From a virus (lineage: Duplodnaviria; Caudoviricetes), in IMG/VR virus record IMGVR_UViG_3300037714_000226, positions 1-56,405 of that record: 56,405 nt of DNA, one strand, 5' to 3'. Shown piece after piece: positions 37,024 through 45,649 of this stretch; position 1 is the stretch's first letter, and each line of letters begins with the position of its first letter. The notes below the pieces were generated by a model. That model saw only the letters and a list, made by a program, of their open reading frames with translations. It was not told the origin of the DNA and did not search any database. A program made the translations under genes and the position numbers.

Positions 37024-39192
37024 TCAAAACCCGAGGGTGGTTTGCTTTTCGTCGACTTCCTGGGGGTTGGCGGTTCGGTGGGTGATTTCCGGCACTCGAT
37101 GCAGTCGTTTGGCGTAGTCGCATCGAGCCTTGGCGATCCGAACGTACGGCTGCTCGTCGGTGTCGGTCAGTTCGATGCCGAGGAAGCTCTTACCCTCCCA
37201 GATCGCCGCTACGCCCGTTGAGGCGACCCCGCAGAACGGATCGAGCACTTTGCCACCCGGAGGTGTCACGAGGCGCACAAGGTGTCGCATGAGTCCAATG
37301 GGTTTCACTGTTGGATGAGTATTCTTTCGCTTCGTGCTCCTACCAGCACCAGCGCGAGGATTGGCTCGACCAGCGGAACCTTCGACACGGGTTGGATCAA
37401 CCCACTGGTGATCGAACTCATCCAACCCCATCTCACGCTCACCGGTGCTCGCTTTTGGAGCAACGACCCCGGTCGGGAGAATGCGCATCAGCAACTCTTC
37501 AGGAAGCGCCGTGATGATGGCCTGGTTCTCCTGGTCGCCGATCCGAAAGTGCTTGGTGTAAGGACCGAGCACACCGCTCAACCCAATCTCGGCGTCGACA
37601 TCCATGATGACCGACACGCCATCAAGTCCATCAACGTCTTCGTCCGAACAGATAACGGCTGACGGCCATCGGCCCTCAGAAGTTAGCCCTATCGTTCTGC
37701 TTCCTGACAAACCGGATCCGTACACGTTATTCGCATCAGCACCGGTCTCGTGATCTCGTACTACAAGTGGCCGGTCGACCCCAGGGAGACGGCACCCTTT
37801 GATGTAGAGCCCGCCAGTGCCGTACTTCAGGATGTTGTCGACCAGTGTTCGGCCCTCGAATGGCTTGCGCGCTAACAGCCACGGCTCCTGATTCTTGAGC
37901 GCGGTGCCCCAACCATCCCACCTCGCAGCCTCTTCAGTCGCAGCAGCGGTGACGACGCCTACCTGATCCGGATTCGAAAAGCCGTAGTTATCGTGTTCGG
38001 TCCGACCCTTCTCGATGTTCGCTCTGCGAACGAAGTCCGGTCGTACACCAACCACCTCACGCTCTTGACCAAGTCTCTTGTCGATGGCCTTGGAGATGTT
38101 GAGGCTTTTGGGAAAACTCGATGCGCTCACCCAAAAACCCATGGTCCGCAATTCGAACCCGGCATCCTCAACAGCACTCGCGAGTCGGTGGATGGTGCGA
38201 TCGGCGCCGAAAACCACAGCGTGAGCCCCTGGCTTCAAAACGCGAAGCACCTCTCGCCATAGACCCACATCGAACGCCACCTTGCTGCCGTCCCACCTCT
38301 GTCCCATGAACCCGGTGGAGGCTAACTTCTGGGGGCGTACGACAAGATCAAACGAGAGTGCCCTTCCTGTGGAACCTTCTACGACGCGGACACGTCGCGA
38401 CTCAAGCACGGACGGCAAACCACCTGTAGCCGGCGTTGTTCGTACAAGCTTCGCGCAAGTCGCCTTCGCCATGGCCGCGAACATGAATGCGCCACCTGTG
38501 GTGAACTGGTCTTCCGCTCCCCTTCCTGCGCCAACCCGAAACACAGGGAAATCTTCTGCTCCCGCGAGTGCGCCTTCAAGGGCCGCAAGCGGGTCAGTGG
38601 TCTGACCTACAACCTCTCCGCCGAGGTTCGTGAAGCACTCCGAGAGAATGGCAAGAACCTCTCGAAGTTCCGGTGGCCCATGAAGTCCGCCAACCTCGAT
38701 GCCTTCCGCCGTAAATGCGCAGCCAACATGAGCGAGCGTATTCAGAACGGAGACATCACCCCCGTCTCCAAGTTCGAGCGCGAAACTGCCGATGTGATGC
38801 GGCGCCTCGGATTCAACATCGAGACATCCGTTGGCATTCGTCAGGCCAATGGACGCTTCGTTGCCGTCTTCGACATCACCATCCCTGATCGACGCATCGC
38901 CATCGAGTGTCACGGTTCCTTTTGGCATGGTGGCCGATGGAGTTGGGAGCGACCCACCAAGGCACAGGCGCGCAATCTCGCCTACGAAGAACGAAAGCGC
39001 GTCCTCGCCATCAACCTCGGCCTGGATCTTCGGGTGTTGTGGGAACACCAGTTCCACGAAGACCCGATTGGGGCTTGCCTTACCGTCTGCCGATAACTCG
39101 TACGGCGGATCGGTCACCAAGGAATCGAAGAGGCTGTCAGGGAACGACTTCAACACCTCACGGCAATCGCCATGCCGAATGTCGATGATCAC
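37024..39192 (-). CDS. Beta-class N6A/N4C DNA methyltransferase with an in-frame insertion of about 257 codons
   Basis: GDCREVL, VTDPPYEL [insert] GFMGQRWD, LRVLKPG, HPTVKP, VLDPFCG, GIEL. Confidence 0.92.
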   Translation of the reverse strand: MIIDIRHGDCREVLKSFPDSLFDSLVTDPPYELSADGKASPNRVFVELVFPQHPKIQAEVDGEDALSFFVGEIARLCLGGSLPTPSATMPKGTVTLDGDASIRDGDVEDGNEASIGLTNANGCLDVESEAPHHIGSFALELGDGGDVSVLNTLAHVGCAFTAEGIEVGGLHGPPELREVLAILSECFTNLGGEVVGQTTDPLAALEGALAGAEDFPVFRVGAGRGAEDQFTTGGAFMFAAMAKATCAKLVRTTPATGGLPSVLESRRVRVVEGSTGRALSFDLVVRPQKLASTGFMGQRWDGSKVAFDVGLWREVLRVLKPGAHAVVFGADRTIHRLASAVEDAGFELRTMGFWVSASSFPKSLNISKAIDKRLGQEREVVGVRPDFVRRANIEKGRTEHDNYGFSNPDQVGVVTAAATEEAARWDGWGTALKNQEPWLLARKPFEGRTLVDNILKYGTGGLYIKGCRLPGVDRPLVVRDHETGADANNVYGSGLSGSRTIGLTSEGRWPSAVICSDEDVDGLDGVSVIMDVDAEIGLSGVLGPYTKHFRIGDQENQAIITALPEELLMRILPTGVVAPKASTGEREMGLDEFDHQWVDPTRVEGSAGRANPRAGAGRSTKRKNTHPTVKPIGLMRHLVRLVTPPGGKVLDPFCGVASTGVAAIWEGKSFLGIELTDTDEQPYVRIAKARCDYAKRLHRVPEITHRTANPQEVDEKQTTLGF
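38329..39096 (+). CDS. Antisense nested endonuclease: two Zn-ribbon repeats plus DUF559/Vsr-like domain (255 aa, CTG start)
   Basis: Frame of track ORF 38680-39096 is open back to TAA 38323; GGAGG (38317-38321) lies 7 nt before CTG 38329; CPSCG...CSRRC, CATCG...FCSREC; SKFE...FD...IECHGSFWHG...LRVLWE. Confidence 0.88.
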   Translation: MGAYDKIKRECPSCGTFYDADTSRLKHGRQTTCSRRCSYKLRASRLRHGREHECATCGELVFRSPSCANPKHREIFCSRECAFKGRKRVSGLTYNLSAEVREALRENGKNLSKFRWPMKSANLDAFRRKCAANMSERIQNGDITPVSKFERETADVMRRLGFNIETSVGIRQANGRFVAVFDITIPDRRIAIECHGSFWHGGRWSWERPTKAQARNLAYEERKRVLAINLGLDLRVLWEHQFHEDPIGACLTVCR

Positions 39193-39443
39193 CCTACAAC
39201 CTCCTCGGGCACGCCTTCGAAACCAGGAAACCCGAGTTGACCGATCTTCGGCATGACGTCGCCAGCGGTTTGTCGCTGACTGCGGTACAGACGCGATGCA
39301 CGTCGAGTCGTCCTAAAGAGTTGTCGGCGTTGCTGATCGAGACACGAGTCCTCATGCCGCACGAGGTTGTGCTTGGCGAGGTTGTGCCCGCGCTCAATTC
39401 TCCTACCGCAGTAGCAACAGCCCCACGACGTTTCGTGCGGCAT
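39189..39443 (-). CDS. Small Zn-finger protein
   Basis: CCYCG...H...C; SD GGAGG; coupled to the methyltransferase start. Confidence 0.65.
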   Translation of the reverse strand: MPHETSWGCCYCGRRIERGHNLAKHNLVRHEDSCLDQQRRQLFRTTRRASRLYRSQRQTAGDVMPKIGQLGFPGFEGVPEEVVG

Positions 39444-39503
39444 CGGGCCTCCATCTGTTGCTTCTTATACGATGGAGTATGTTAGCGCAACTGGTAACGT
39501 CTT

Positions 39504-39519
39504 GTGCAGACGTCTGCAC
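39504..39519. repeat. 16-bp palindrome GTGCAGACGTCTGCAC, copy 4
   Basis: Exact copy abutting the stop codon at 39520-39522. Confidence 0.97.
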
Positions 39520-39900
39520 CTACCAGGAGTCGCGATTTGCCGGGTCGCGGGCTCGGCGACGGCGCTTCTTGCGTGGACGATCATCCGGATTGCCGGAACT
39601 CCTGTCCATGTCAGATCCGAAGTCGGACCGGTGCCCGCCCCCGCTGCCGCCCCTGGGGACGCGCTCGTGGGCCTCGTTGACCCTGAGATCGCGTCCTTGG
39701 ACCTCTTGGCCGTCGAGGGCCTCTATGGCCTCGTTGACGTCCATGGTGGTCGTTACGAAGCCGAAGCCACGAGACTGGCCTGTGTCCCTGTCCTTGATGA
39801 TGACGACCTCATCAGCCTGGACACCGAGAGATGCGACGTGAGCCTTCAACTCGTCGTCGGAGATGGAAAAGGGGAGATTCCCCACAAACAGTCTACTCAC
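39520..39900 (-). CDS. RRM (RNP-1) RNA-binding protein
   Basis: GTG 39900 with SD GAGGAG; RNP2 LFVGNL, DRDTGQSRGFGFV RNP1, GRDLRVNEA, Gly/Arg tail. Confidence 0.92.
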   Translation of the reverse strand: MSRLFVGNLPFSISDDELKAHVASLGVQADEVVIIKDRDTGQSRGFGFVTTTMDVNEAIEALDGQEVQGRDLRVNEAHERVPRGGSGGGHRSDFGSDMDRSSGNPDDRPRKKRRRRARDPANRDSW

Positions 39901-39913
39901 CGCTACGTCTCCT

Positions 39914-40234
39914 CTAGAAAGAACCAGACCGAATGATATGCGAATCGGTCTGGTCGCCAAGGTCGATTGCGCCGAGCGCCGAGTCGACCGTCGTGTACTG
40001 CGTGATCTTGCCGAACCTGCCGCCATTGGCTTTCCTGACGGTGACCGCGCTACCCATCTTGTTCTTCGCCAGCTCGTAGGTGTGGCCAGCGACGTTGACG
40101 TGAACCCAGCCGCCCTTCTTGAGCGCTGCGACGACGTCCTGTGAACCCTGCTTCACCTCTTGCAGGTCGGAATCCTTTTCGGAGACCCCCGACGCCTCAT
40201 TGAGCGCCGTGCTGAGCTGGTCTGAGTATCCCAT
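39914..40234 (-). CDS. Small probable internal head protein
   Basis: SD AGGAG; N-terminal LNE, VSE, LQE sites followed by a basic domain. Confidence 0.7.
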   Translation of the reverse strand: MGYSDQLSTALNEASGVSEKDSDLQEVKQGSQDVVAALKKGGWVHVNVAGHTYELAKNKMGSAVTVRKANGGRFGKITQYTTVDSALGAIDLGDQTDSHIIRSGSF

Positions 40235-40242
40235 GGAGTCTC

Positions 40243-41799
40243 CTATCCGGTGACCTTCAAAACCTTGAACTTCTTGTTCTTCTTCAGATCCGCGACAGCG
40301 CCGCGCTGCATGTTGATCTCATAGCGGTAATCAGGACCGTTGTCCTTTCCGCTTGGACCCACCAACCCTCCGACACCACCGTAACGCTCGGCTTCGCGCC
40401 ACAGATCTTCATCTTCGTGCCCGGCGCCCTTGGTGACGAGCGCATACACGGGTTGGAAGTCCTTGTAGTCGACCTTCACGCCCTTGCCGCCCTTGAGCAG
40501 ATCTTCGAGCGAATGCTTCTCTTTGGCATCCATGTACCGCCCGCGGTTCTTGAGCGCCTGCGTGCTGCCCTTCTCGATGAGGTCTGCTGCAATCCACCTC
40601 TGGATGAAGTGCTCCTTGTCGTACGGGTAGGAGCGGTACATGACCCTATCCCCGTCGACCTTGGTGACGACGATGTGCTTCGGGCTTGTGCTCGCGCCGA
40701 GGTAGTAGACGCGGTTCGGGAGGATCGAAACCTTGCCGCCACCAGGCTTCTCCAAGCCGCCAGCGCCAATGACGTACCGAGCTTCCTGAAGACGACGATC
40801 GTAGTCTCGCTCCTGCACGGTTCGCGAAAGCGGTTTGGTGTCGACGATCATCTCGAAGAGTTGGTCTTCCGAAACCTGCCGATCCTCACCCCTGGCTTCG
40901 ATGAAGAGTTTGTTGATGCCGTCGCCGTGCGCCACTTGCTCCTCCGTCGACACCTTACCGGGCGGGCTCGTCATACGACTCATGTTGACGAGTTTGTATC
41001 GAGTGCCAGCGCTCACTTTTCCGGTGCGACTACCACTGATGACCACCTGGCTATGATGCTTGCCGTCAGTGTAAACGTCCACAGACGCATAGCTGCCGCC
41101 AGGGCCCACCGAGTAGGATCCGGTCTTCTTGTCACGTTTGTAGACGGGTCCTCTGATGATGATACGACCATTGCTGGTCTCCGCGTGGTTCACATTGATC
41201 TCGTAGACCCTGGATCCGGAGTTGCCCTTTGTTTCCAGGCGCACATCGTCGCCCTTCTTGATCTTCGAAGCGGCCTGCTGCAACGACTCTGTCAGATCGT
41301 CACCGTCTACGTGGTTGAGGTCAAACTCGACCTGCGGAGTCTTGATTCGGCTGGCTCCAGCATGACCGCCGGGTTCCCCAGACATATGGGTTGCATGGCC
41401 TGGCGGATGCGGCGTCCAACCCATCTTCCCCTTCTTGCGGCCTTCGAGGTACTTGAACTCGTAGAACAAGCCTCCGTGCATCTTCTCTGACTTCCCGGTG
41501 TACCTGACCTTCTTCCCCTGGAAGTAGAACGTCTGGTCCTTAGCTTCGGTGACGGATTCGCCCAGCATCTTGAGTAAGGCTCCGAGCGCTGGCTTCGCAT
41601 CTGGCCCAGCTTTCTCCAGGGCCCTCTTCACCACCGACTTGAGATCGATCCTGTCGCTGTCTGCCCACCACTCGGCGCCGATCTTCATCTTCCTCACGTA
41701 ACTGGGTTTCGGATTTTTTCCGGCCCTAGTCGCAAGTTTGATGAGGCTATCCCGAAGCCCGTCTCCCGTCGATTCACTGAGGTACTGAACGATGCTCAT
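40243..41799 (-). CDS. Multi-module probable internal head protein
   Basis: ATG 41799 with SD TAAGGA; MSIVQYLSE; modules delimited by LGE, VTE, LTE, FIE, LFE, LQE. Confidence 0.75.
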   Translation of the reverse strand: MSIVQYLSESTGDGLRDSLIKLATRAGKNPKPSYVRKMKIGAEWWADSDRIDLKSVVKRALEKAGPDAKPALGALLKMLGESVTEAKDQTFYFQGKKVRYTGKSEKMHGGLFYEFKYLEGRKKGKMGWTPHPPGHATHMSGEPGGHAGASRIKTPQVEFDLNHVDGDDLTESLQQAASKIKKGDDVRLETKGNSGSRVYEINVNHAETSNGRIIIRGPVYKRDKKTGSYSVGPGGSYASVDVYTDGKHHSQVVISGSRTGKVSAGTRYKLVNMSRMTSPPGKVSTEEQVAHGDGINKLFIEARGEDRQVSEDQLFEMIVDTKPLSRTVQERDYDRRLQEARYVIGAGGLEKPGGGKVSILPNRVYYLGASTSPKHIVVTKVDGDRVMYRSYPYDKEHFIQRWIAADLIEKGSTQALKNRGRYMDAKEKHSLEDLLKGGKGVKVDYKDFQPVYALVTKGAGHEDEDLWREAERYGGVGGLVGPSGKDNGPDYRYEINMQRGAVADLKKNKKFKVLKVTG

Positions 41800-41813
41800 A
41801 GTGCGTTCCTTAC

Positions 41814-44800
41814 TCACCTTGACCGTGAGTCATTCACCGCGACCTCACCGAGGTACTGAGTGATGTCCAACTCGGGTTGGGCGTCGTTCACAAGCCCGCC
41901 CGCCTTGACCACTCGACCGAAGACCATCTTCTCACCAGGACCGAGTTTGAGTTTGGCCTGGTCAGACTTGATCTTTCCCTTCACCAACGTCTTCTTCTTC
42001 AACCGCGCACTCTTCATTCGCGCCGTTTCCTTCTTGATGACCGCTGTCCCGGCACGAAGCGATGCCGTCTTCTTCTTCGCATGGAGGGTTTGCTTGATGA
42101 GCGATCCCATCTTCTCGGCATGCTTGACGTTTCGCGGCGTCGGATTGCTCTTGGCTCGCTCCTTGGCAACCAAAGCGGCTTTCTGAGTCTTCAAGAAGCT
42201 TTTCTTCTCCTTGGCCGGCATGGGGCCGATCTTCTCGCCGGTGTCCATGTCGAACACATACTCGCCCTTGGAGCCCTCGTACATCGCTCGCATGGCGTTG
42301 GTCGCGTAGATCTCGGCTTCGTCCATGATCGGAGTGAACAGCCACCCGTCGTCGACTGCTTCGACCATGACCGCGAATGAGAACTCTTCGTCCTCGCGCT
42401 TGAGACCTGACACTGAGGACTGGATCATCTTCGACGTCATCGAGAGCCCAGATCGGAAGTTGCGCAAGAGCACGTCCATGCCGCTGAGCGGACCGGACAG
42501 CATCGATTTTGCGACCTTGGGATCGATCTTGTGGATGGCATCGGCAGCGCCTTCGATGCGCTTCGCAAGCGAATCAGTGACCACCCACGCACTCTGATCG
42601 CCGTCGACCAACGCCTTCATGAGGTTGAACCGCTGCTTGTCAGACACTGAGCCGCGACTTAGCGCATCTTGGAGATCTGGAAGAACACCTTCGCCGACAA
42701 TACCCTCGAAGTCCTCGAAGCCATGTCTGATGCCAGTGAGATATGCACCGACATCACGTTCGGTCTGACTCATCTGGTCGCTGACCCTCTTCTTGTAGAC
42801 GGTCTTGTTTGCCCACGTCTTGAATTTGTCAGCAGCAGCCATGATCTTGTCGGCGGTAGGAAACAGTCTCCCCTTGAGCACGTCACGCATGTCCATGCCG
42901 GATACGCGCTTCTCTTCGAGACGGCCCTCTTCCAAGTCGCCAAGGAACCCGGTGATGCCCTCACCGACGATGTGCCGGTTGTACTTCTTGGCGTTGCGCT
43001 TGATGGGATCCATCTTCTCGCGCCAGTACACCTCGTCAGCGGAGTCTTCGAAGGGTTGAGCCTTCCACGCCTTGTGGTGCTTCAGTCTGGTCGTGAGATC
43101 GGGTCCAGGCTGCGGCGCGCTCGGATCTTCACCTGAAGGTCGATCGCCCTGGCTCTTCTTCAACTCCTTGGCGATAAGGTTGCCGAGTCGCTTGCTGATC
43201 TTCTCGTAGGTCGAGTACGCAAGCGTCCATCGCTTGGAGCTGCCATCGAACCTGAACCCAGCCTTCTTCAGAACGCCACGGATCGGATAGGTGTTTCCCG
43301 TGAACGAAACGTCAGCCTGGCTGAGGGTGCCGTTGCCCTCCCATGACATCTTCATCTCGATGCCGTAGCGCTTGAGGCGCATGGTGCGTCTATCGTTACT
43401 GAGCACCCGATCGATCTGCGCCTTGACGCTTTTGTCGGCCGGTTCGTTGTCGGGTTGAATGCCGACCTTCGCGATAGTCTTCTGGTTGGATGCAGCCATC
43501 CGCTTGTTGAAGTCGTCGACGAGTTTCTTCAGCTTCGGAAGCGCTTGATCGATCTTCTTCTCGGAGACCGAACCACGAAACATCCCACCGCTACTCTCTG
43601 GGTTCGTCGAATAGGCGTGGTACAGGACCCAACTCTTGCGCGGGTCCTTTTTGTCGAACCTGAAGCCGAGTTTCTTCAACTCGTCTTTGATCTGGTAGGT
43701 GTTTCCCCATACGCGAATCGCGTACCGCCGAACTGAGCTGCCATAGCCACCGAAGTCGCCTGGGTGGGTGTTGTCGACGTCGTAGTAGATCTGTCCCTGG
43801 ACCTTGTCGCCGCCGCGTTCTTCTTCGAGCCTGGTTCGCGAACGCTCGTTGATGGTCTGAAAACCGATGCGGTTGCTCTCGTTGAGGATGTCGAACACCG
43901 GATCTGCGCCATGCATGATCGCGCTGTCGATGTACTCCAGCTTCCCTCGACGCCTCGATTCCGAGACCTTGTTGCGATCGCGTGCCCAGTTACCAAGCAT
44001 GTCCACGGCTTTGCTGGCGATGCTTTGCAATTCGTTCACAGCCTTGCGCTGATCCTTGTCCTTGAAGCCAAGACTGGCCGCACGAAGACCAGACATTGCC
44101 GCGGTGAGTAGGTTGTGTGCGTCAAGTGGCCCGGTGGGATACTGAACCTTGGCGCCAGTATCCGAGGTGAAGATGTCTCTGTACTTCGTCCTCCAGTCGA
44201 AGAGTTCGCGCATGAGCATAGCGGACACTCTTCGTGCGACTTTGTCGCTATCGGACTTGGCCAACCTGGACAGGTAATCACGTACCGAATGAAGTGCGTT
44301 GAGGGAGTCGCCGTAACTCCTCAGCGAATTCGGTCCGCCGAAATCATGCTTCCTGGCCTCATCAAGTAAGCCGATGATGCCAATGCCTGCTGACTCAGTC
44401 CAGTCATCGCGCTCATCCCCGAACTCGTCGCTCTTCTTCGCCTTGGCGTCGGCGCGTAGCTTCTGGTGGCGTGCCATGGCCTTGCCGAGGACCTTCTTGT
44501 GGGCCTTCTGGTACCAAGCTTCCGCAGACTTCTTCGCCTTCGGATTGTCGGATTCTGTCTCGAAGTACCGCTTGAAGATCTGGTCGGCCATCATCTGGCC
44601 GCTCACGCGAGCCATGAAGACGTAGTAGACCAGCGACGCGTTCTCCGGGATCGACCGGATGTACTTGCCCAACTTCGGACTGACTTTGTGGACATGGCGC
44701 AGCCACTTCTGAAACGCCGCTCGCGGCTTTCCCGCGATGAAGTCCTGGGTGTCGTTGAGGTGCTCGTCACCCTTGACGCCCCACGCGAGTCCAAGCTCCT

Positions 44801-45035
44801 GACGAGGGATGTCCTCGATGGCTTTTTTGACCTGCGGAAAAAGCAGATCACCAGTCCCGCCGATGGCTTCCTTTTTCCAGATCCGAAGCACCTTCGAGCT
44901 GACCTTGAACCCGCCGGGTTTCGTCGACTTGTCCTCGTCTCCGAATGCGAGGGCAGGCGTGGCCTTTTGGGCCTCGGAAAGGTGCTCGCGCTCACGCTGC
45001 ACCGAGCGGTGAATGAGGAAATCCTGGAGACTCAT
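41814..45035 (-). CDS. Large multi-module probable internal head protein (1073 aa)
   Basis: MSLQDFLI; many LxE sites; duplicated GNTY.I...LKK.GFRFD....W domain. Confidence 0.75.
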   Translation of the reverse strand: MSLQDFLIHRSVQREREHLSEAQKATPALAFGDEDKSTKPGGFKVSSKVLRIWKKEAIGGTGDLLFPQVKKAIEDIPRQELGLAWGVKGDEHLNDTQDFIAGKPRAAFQKWLRHVHKVSPKLGKYIRSIPENASLVYYVFMARVSGQMMADQIFKRYFETESDNPKAKKSAEAWYQKAHKKVLGKAMARHQKLRADAKAKKSDEFGDERDDWTESAGIGIIGLLDEARKHDFGGPNSLRSYGDSLNALHSVRDYLSRLAKSDSDKVARRVSAMLMRELFDWRTKYRDIFTSDTGAKVQYPTGPLDAHNLLTAAMSGLRAASLGFKDKDQRKAVNELQSIASKAVDMLGNWARDRNKVSESRRRGKLEYIDSAIMHGADPVFDILNESNRIGFQTINERSRTRLEEERGGDKVQGQIYYDVDNTHPGDFGGYGSSVRRYAIRVWGNTYQIKDELKKLGFRFDKKDPRKSWVLYHAYSTNPESSGGMFRGSVSEKKIDQALPKLKKLVDDFNKRMAASNQKTIAKVGIQPDNEPADKSVKAQIDRVLSNDRRTMRLKRYGIEMKMSWEGNGTLSQADVSFTGNTYPIRGVLKKAGFRFDGSSKRWTLAYSTYEKISKRLGNLIAKELKKSQGDRPSGEDPSAPQPGPDLTTRLKHHKAWKAQPFEDSADEVYWREKMDPIKRNAKKYNRHIVGEGITGFLGDLEEGRLEEKRVSGMDMRDVLKGRLFPTADKIMAAADKFKTWANKTVYKKRVSDQMSQTERDVGAYLTGIRHGFEDFEGIVGEGVLPDLQDALSRGSVSDKQRFNLMKALVDGDQSAWVVTDSLAKRIEGAADAIHKIDPKVAKSMLSGPLSGMDVLLRNFRSGLSMTSKMIQSSVSGLKREDEEFSFAVMVEAVDDGWLFTPIMDEAEIYATNAMRAMYEGSKGEYVFDMDTGEKIGPMPAKEKKSFLKTQKAALVAKERAKSNPTPRNVKHAEKMGSLIKQTLHAKKKTASLRAGTAVIKKETARMKSARLKKKTLVKGKIKSDQAKLKLGPGEKMVFGRVVKAGGLVNDAQPELDITQYLGEVAVNDSRSR

Positions 45036-45042
45036 GGCCGAA

Positions 45043-45561
45043 TTACTCCTGCGTCAGAGCGAGGATGATCTGTGGCAGCGCTGCGTCTGACACCTGATCG
45101 GCGATGTCGATTGCAAGCTGGAAGGCGGTCACGCCCTTCAGCAGACTCGACTGCGAGAGGTTCTTCCAGGTGTCTGTGGAGCTGAAGCGGTACTGGACCC
45201 CCAGATCCGCGATTGCGACTTCTGGGTTGGCGCTCACACCCACTCCGCCGGTGAGAAACCCCGACAGAGTGTCTGTGCCACCGATCGTCACAGGAATAGG
45301 GAAGGTGCGGAGTCCGAAGATGACCCGGTTGATGCCCGTGGCAGTCATGCCGATCTCGATGCTCCGGTTGGCCTCGTCGACCGTAACGTCCCCAGTGTAG
45401 GACGCCGCTGTGTCGTAGTCCTCGACCAGGACGTCCATCTGCGGCAGTCCGTCGATTCGAGCCAGCATCGACGCCTTTGTGGCCGAGTCCAGGTTCGTAT
45501 CGTTGTTGACCGCGTTCCTGAGCAATTGCTGGAAGATCGCGAAGGTTGTGACGGTTGACAT
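45043..45561 (-). CDS. Hypothetical protein, possibly virion-associated
   Basis: SD GGGAG; T/A/D-rich, beta-strand-like composition. Confidence 0.7.
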   Translation of the reverse strand: MSTVTTFAIFQQLLRNAVNNDTNLDSATKASMLARIDGLPQMDVLVEDYDTAASYTGDVTVDEANRSIEIGMTATGINRVIFGLRTFPIPVTIGGTDTLSGFLTGGVGVSANPEVAIADLGVQYRFSSTDTWKNLSQSSLLKGVTAFQLAIDIADQVSDAALPQIILALTQE

Positions 45562-45649
45562 CGAGACTCCCTTTGGACTCGCCTAGTAGGTGTCGCGAAT
45601 ATACGTCGCCCTTACGGCCCGGGTCCACTCCCCGGCCACGTGAATCCGG

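Noticed and set aside
38323-39098. Group I or II intron as explanation of the methyltransferase insertion
   Set aside because: The antisense ORF fills essentially the whole insert, leaving no room for a ribozyme core, and the host frame needs no splicing to stay open
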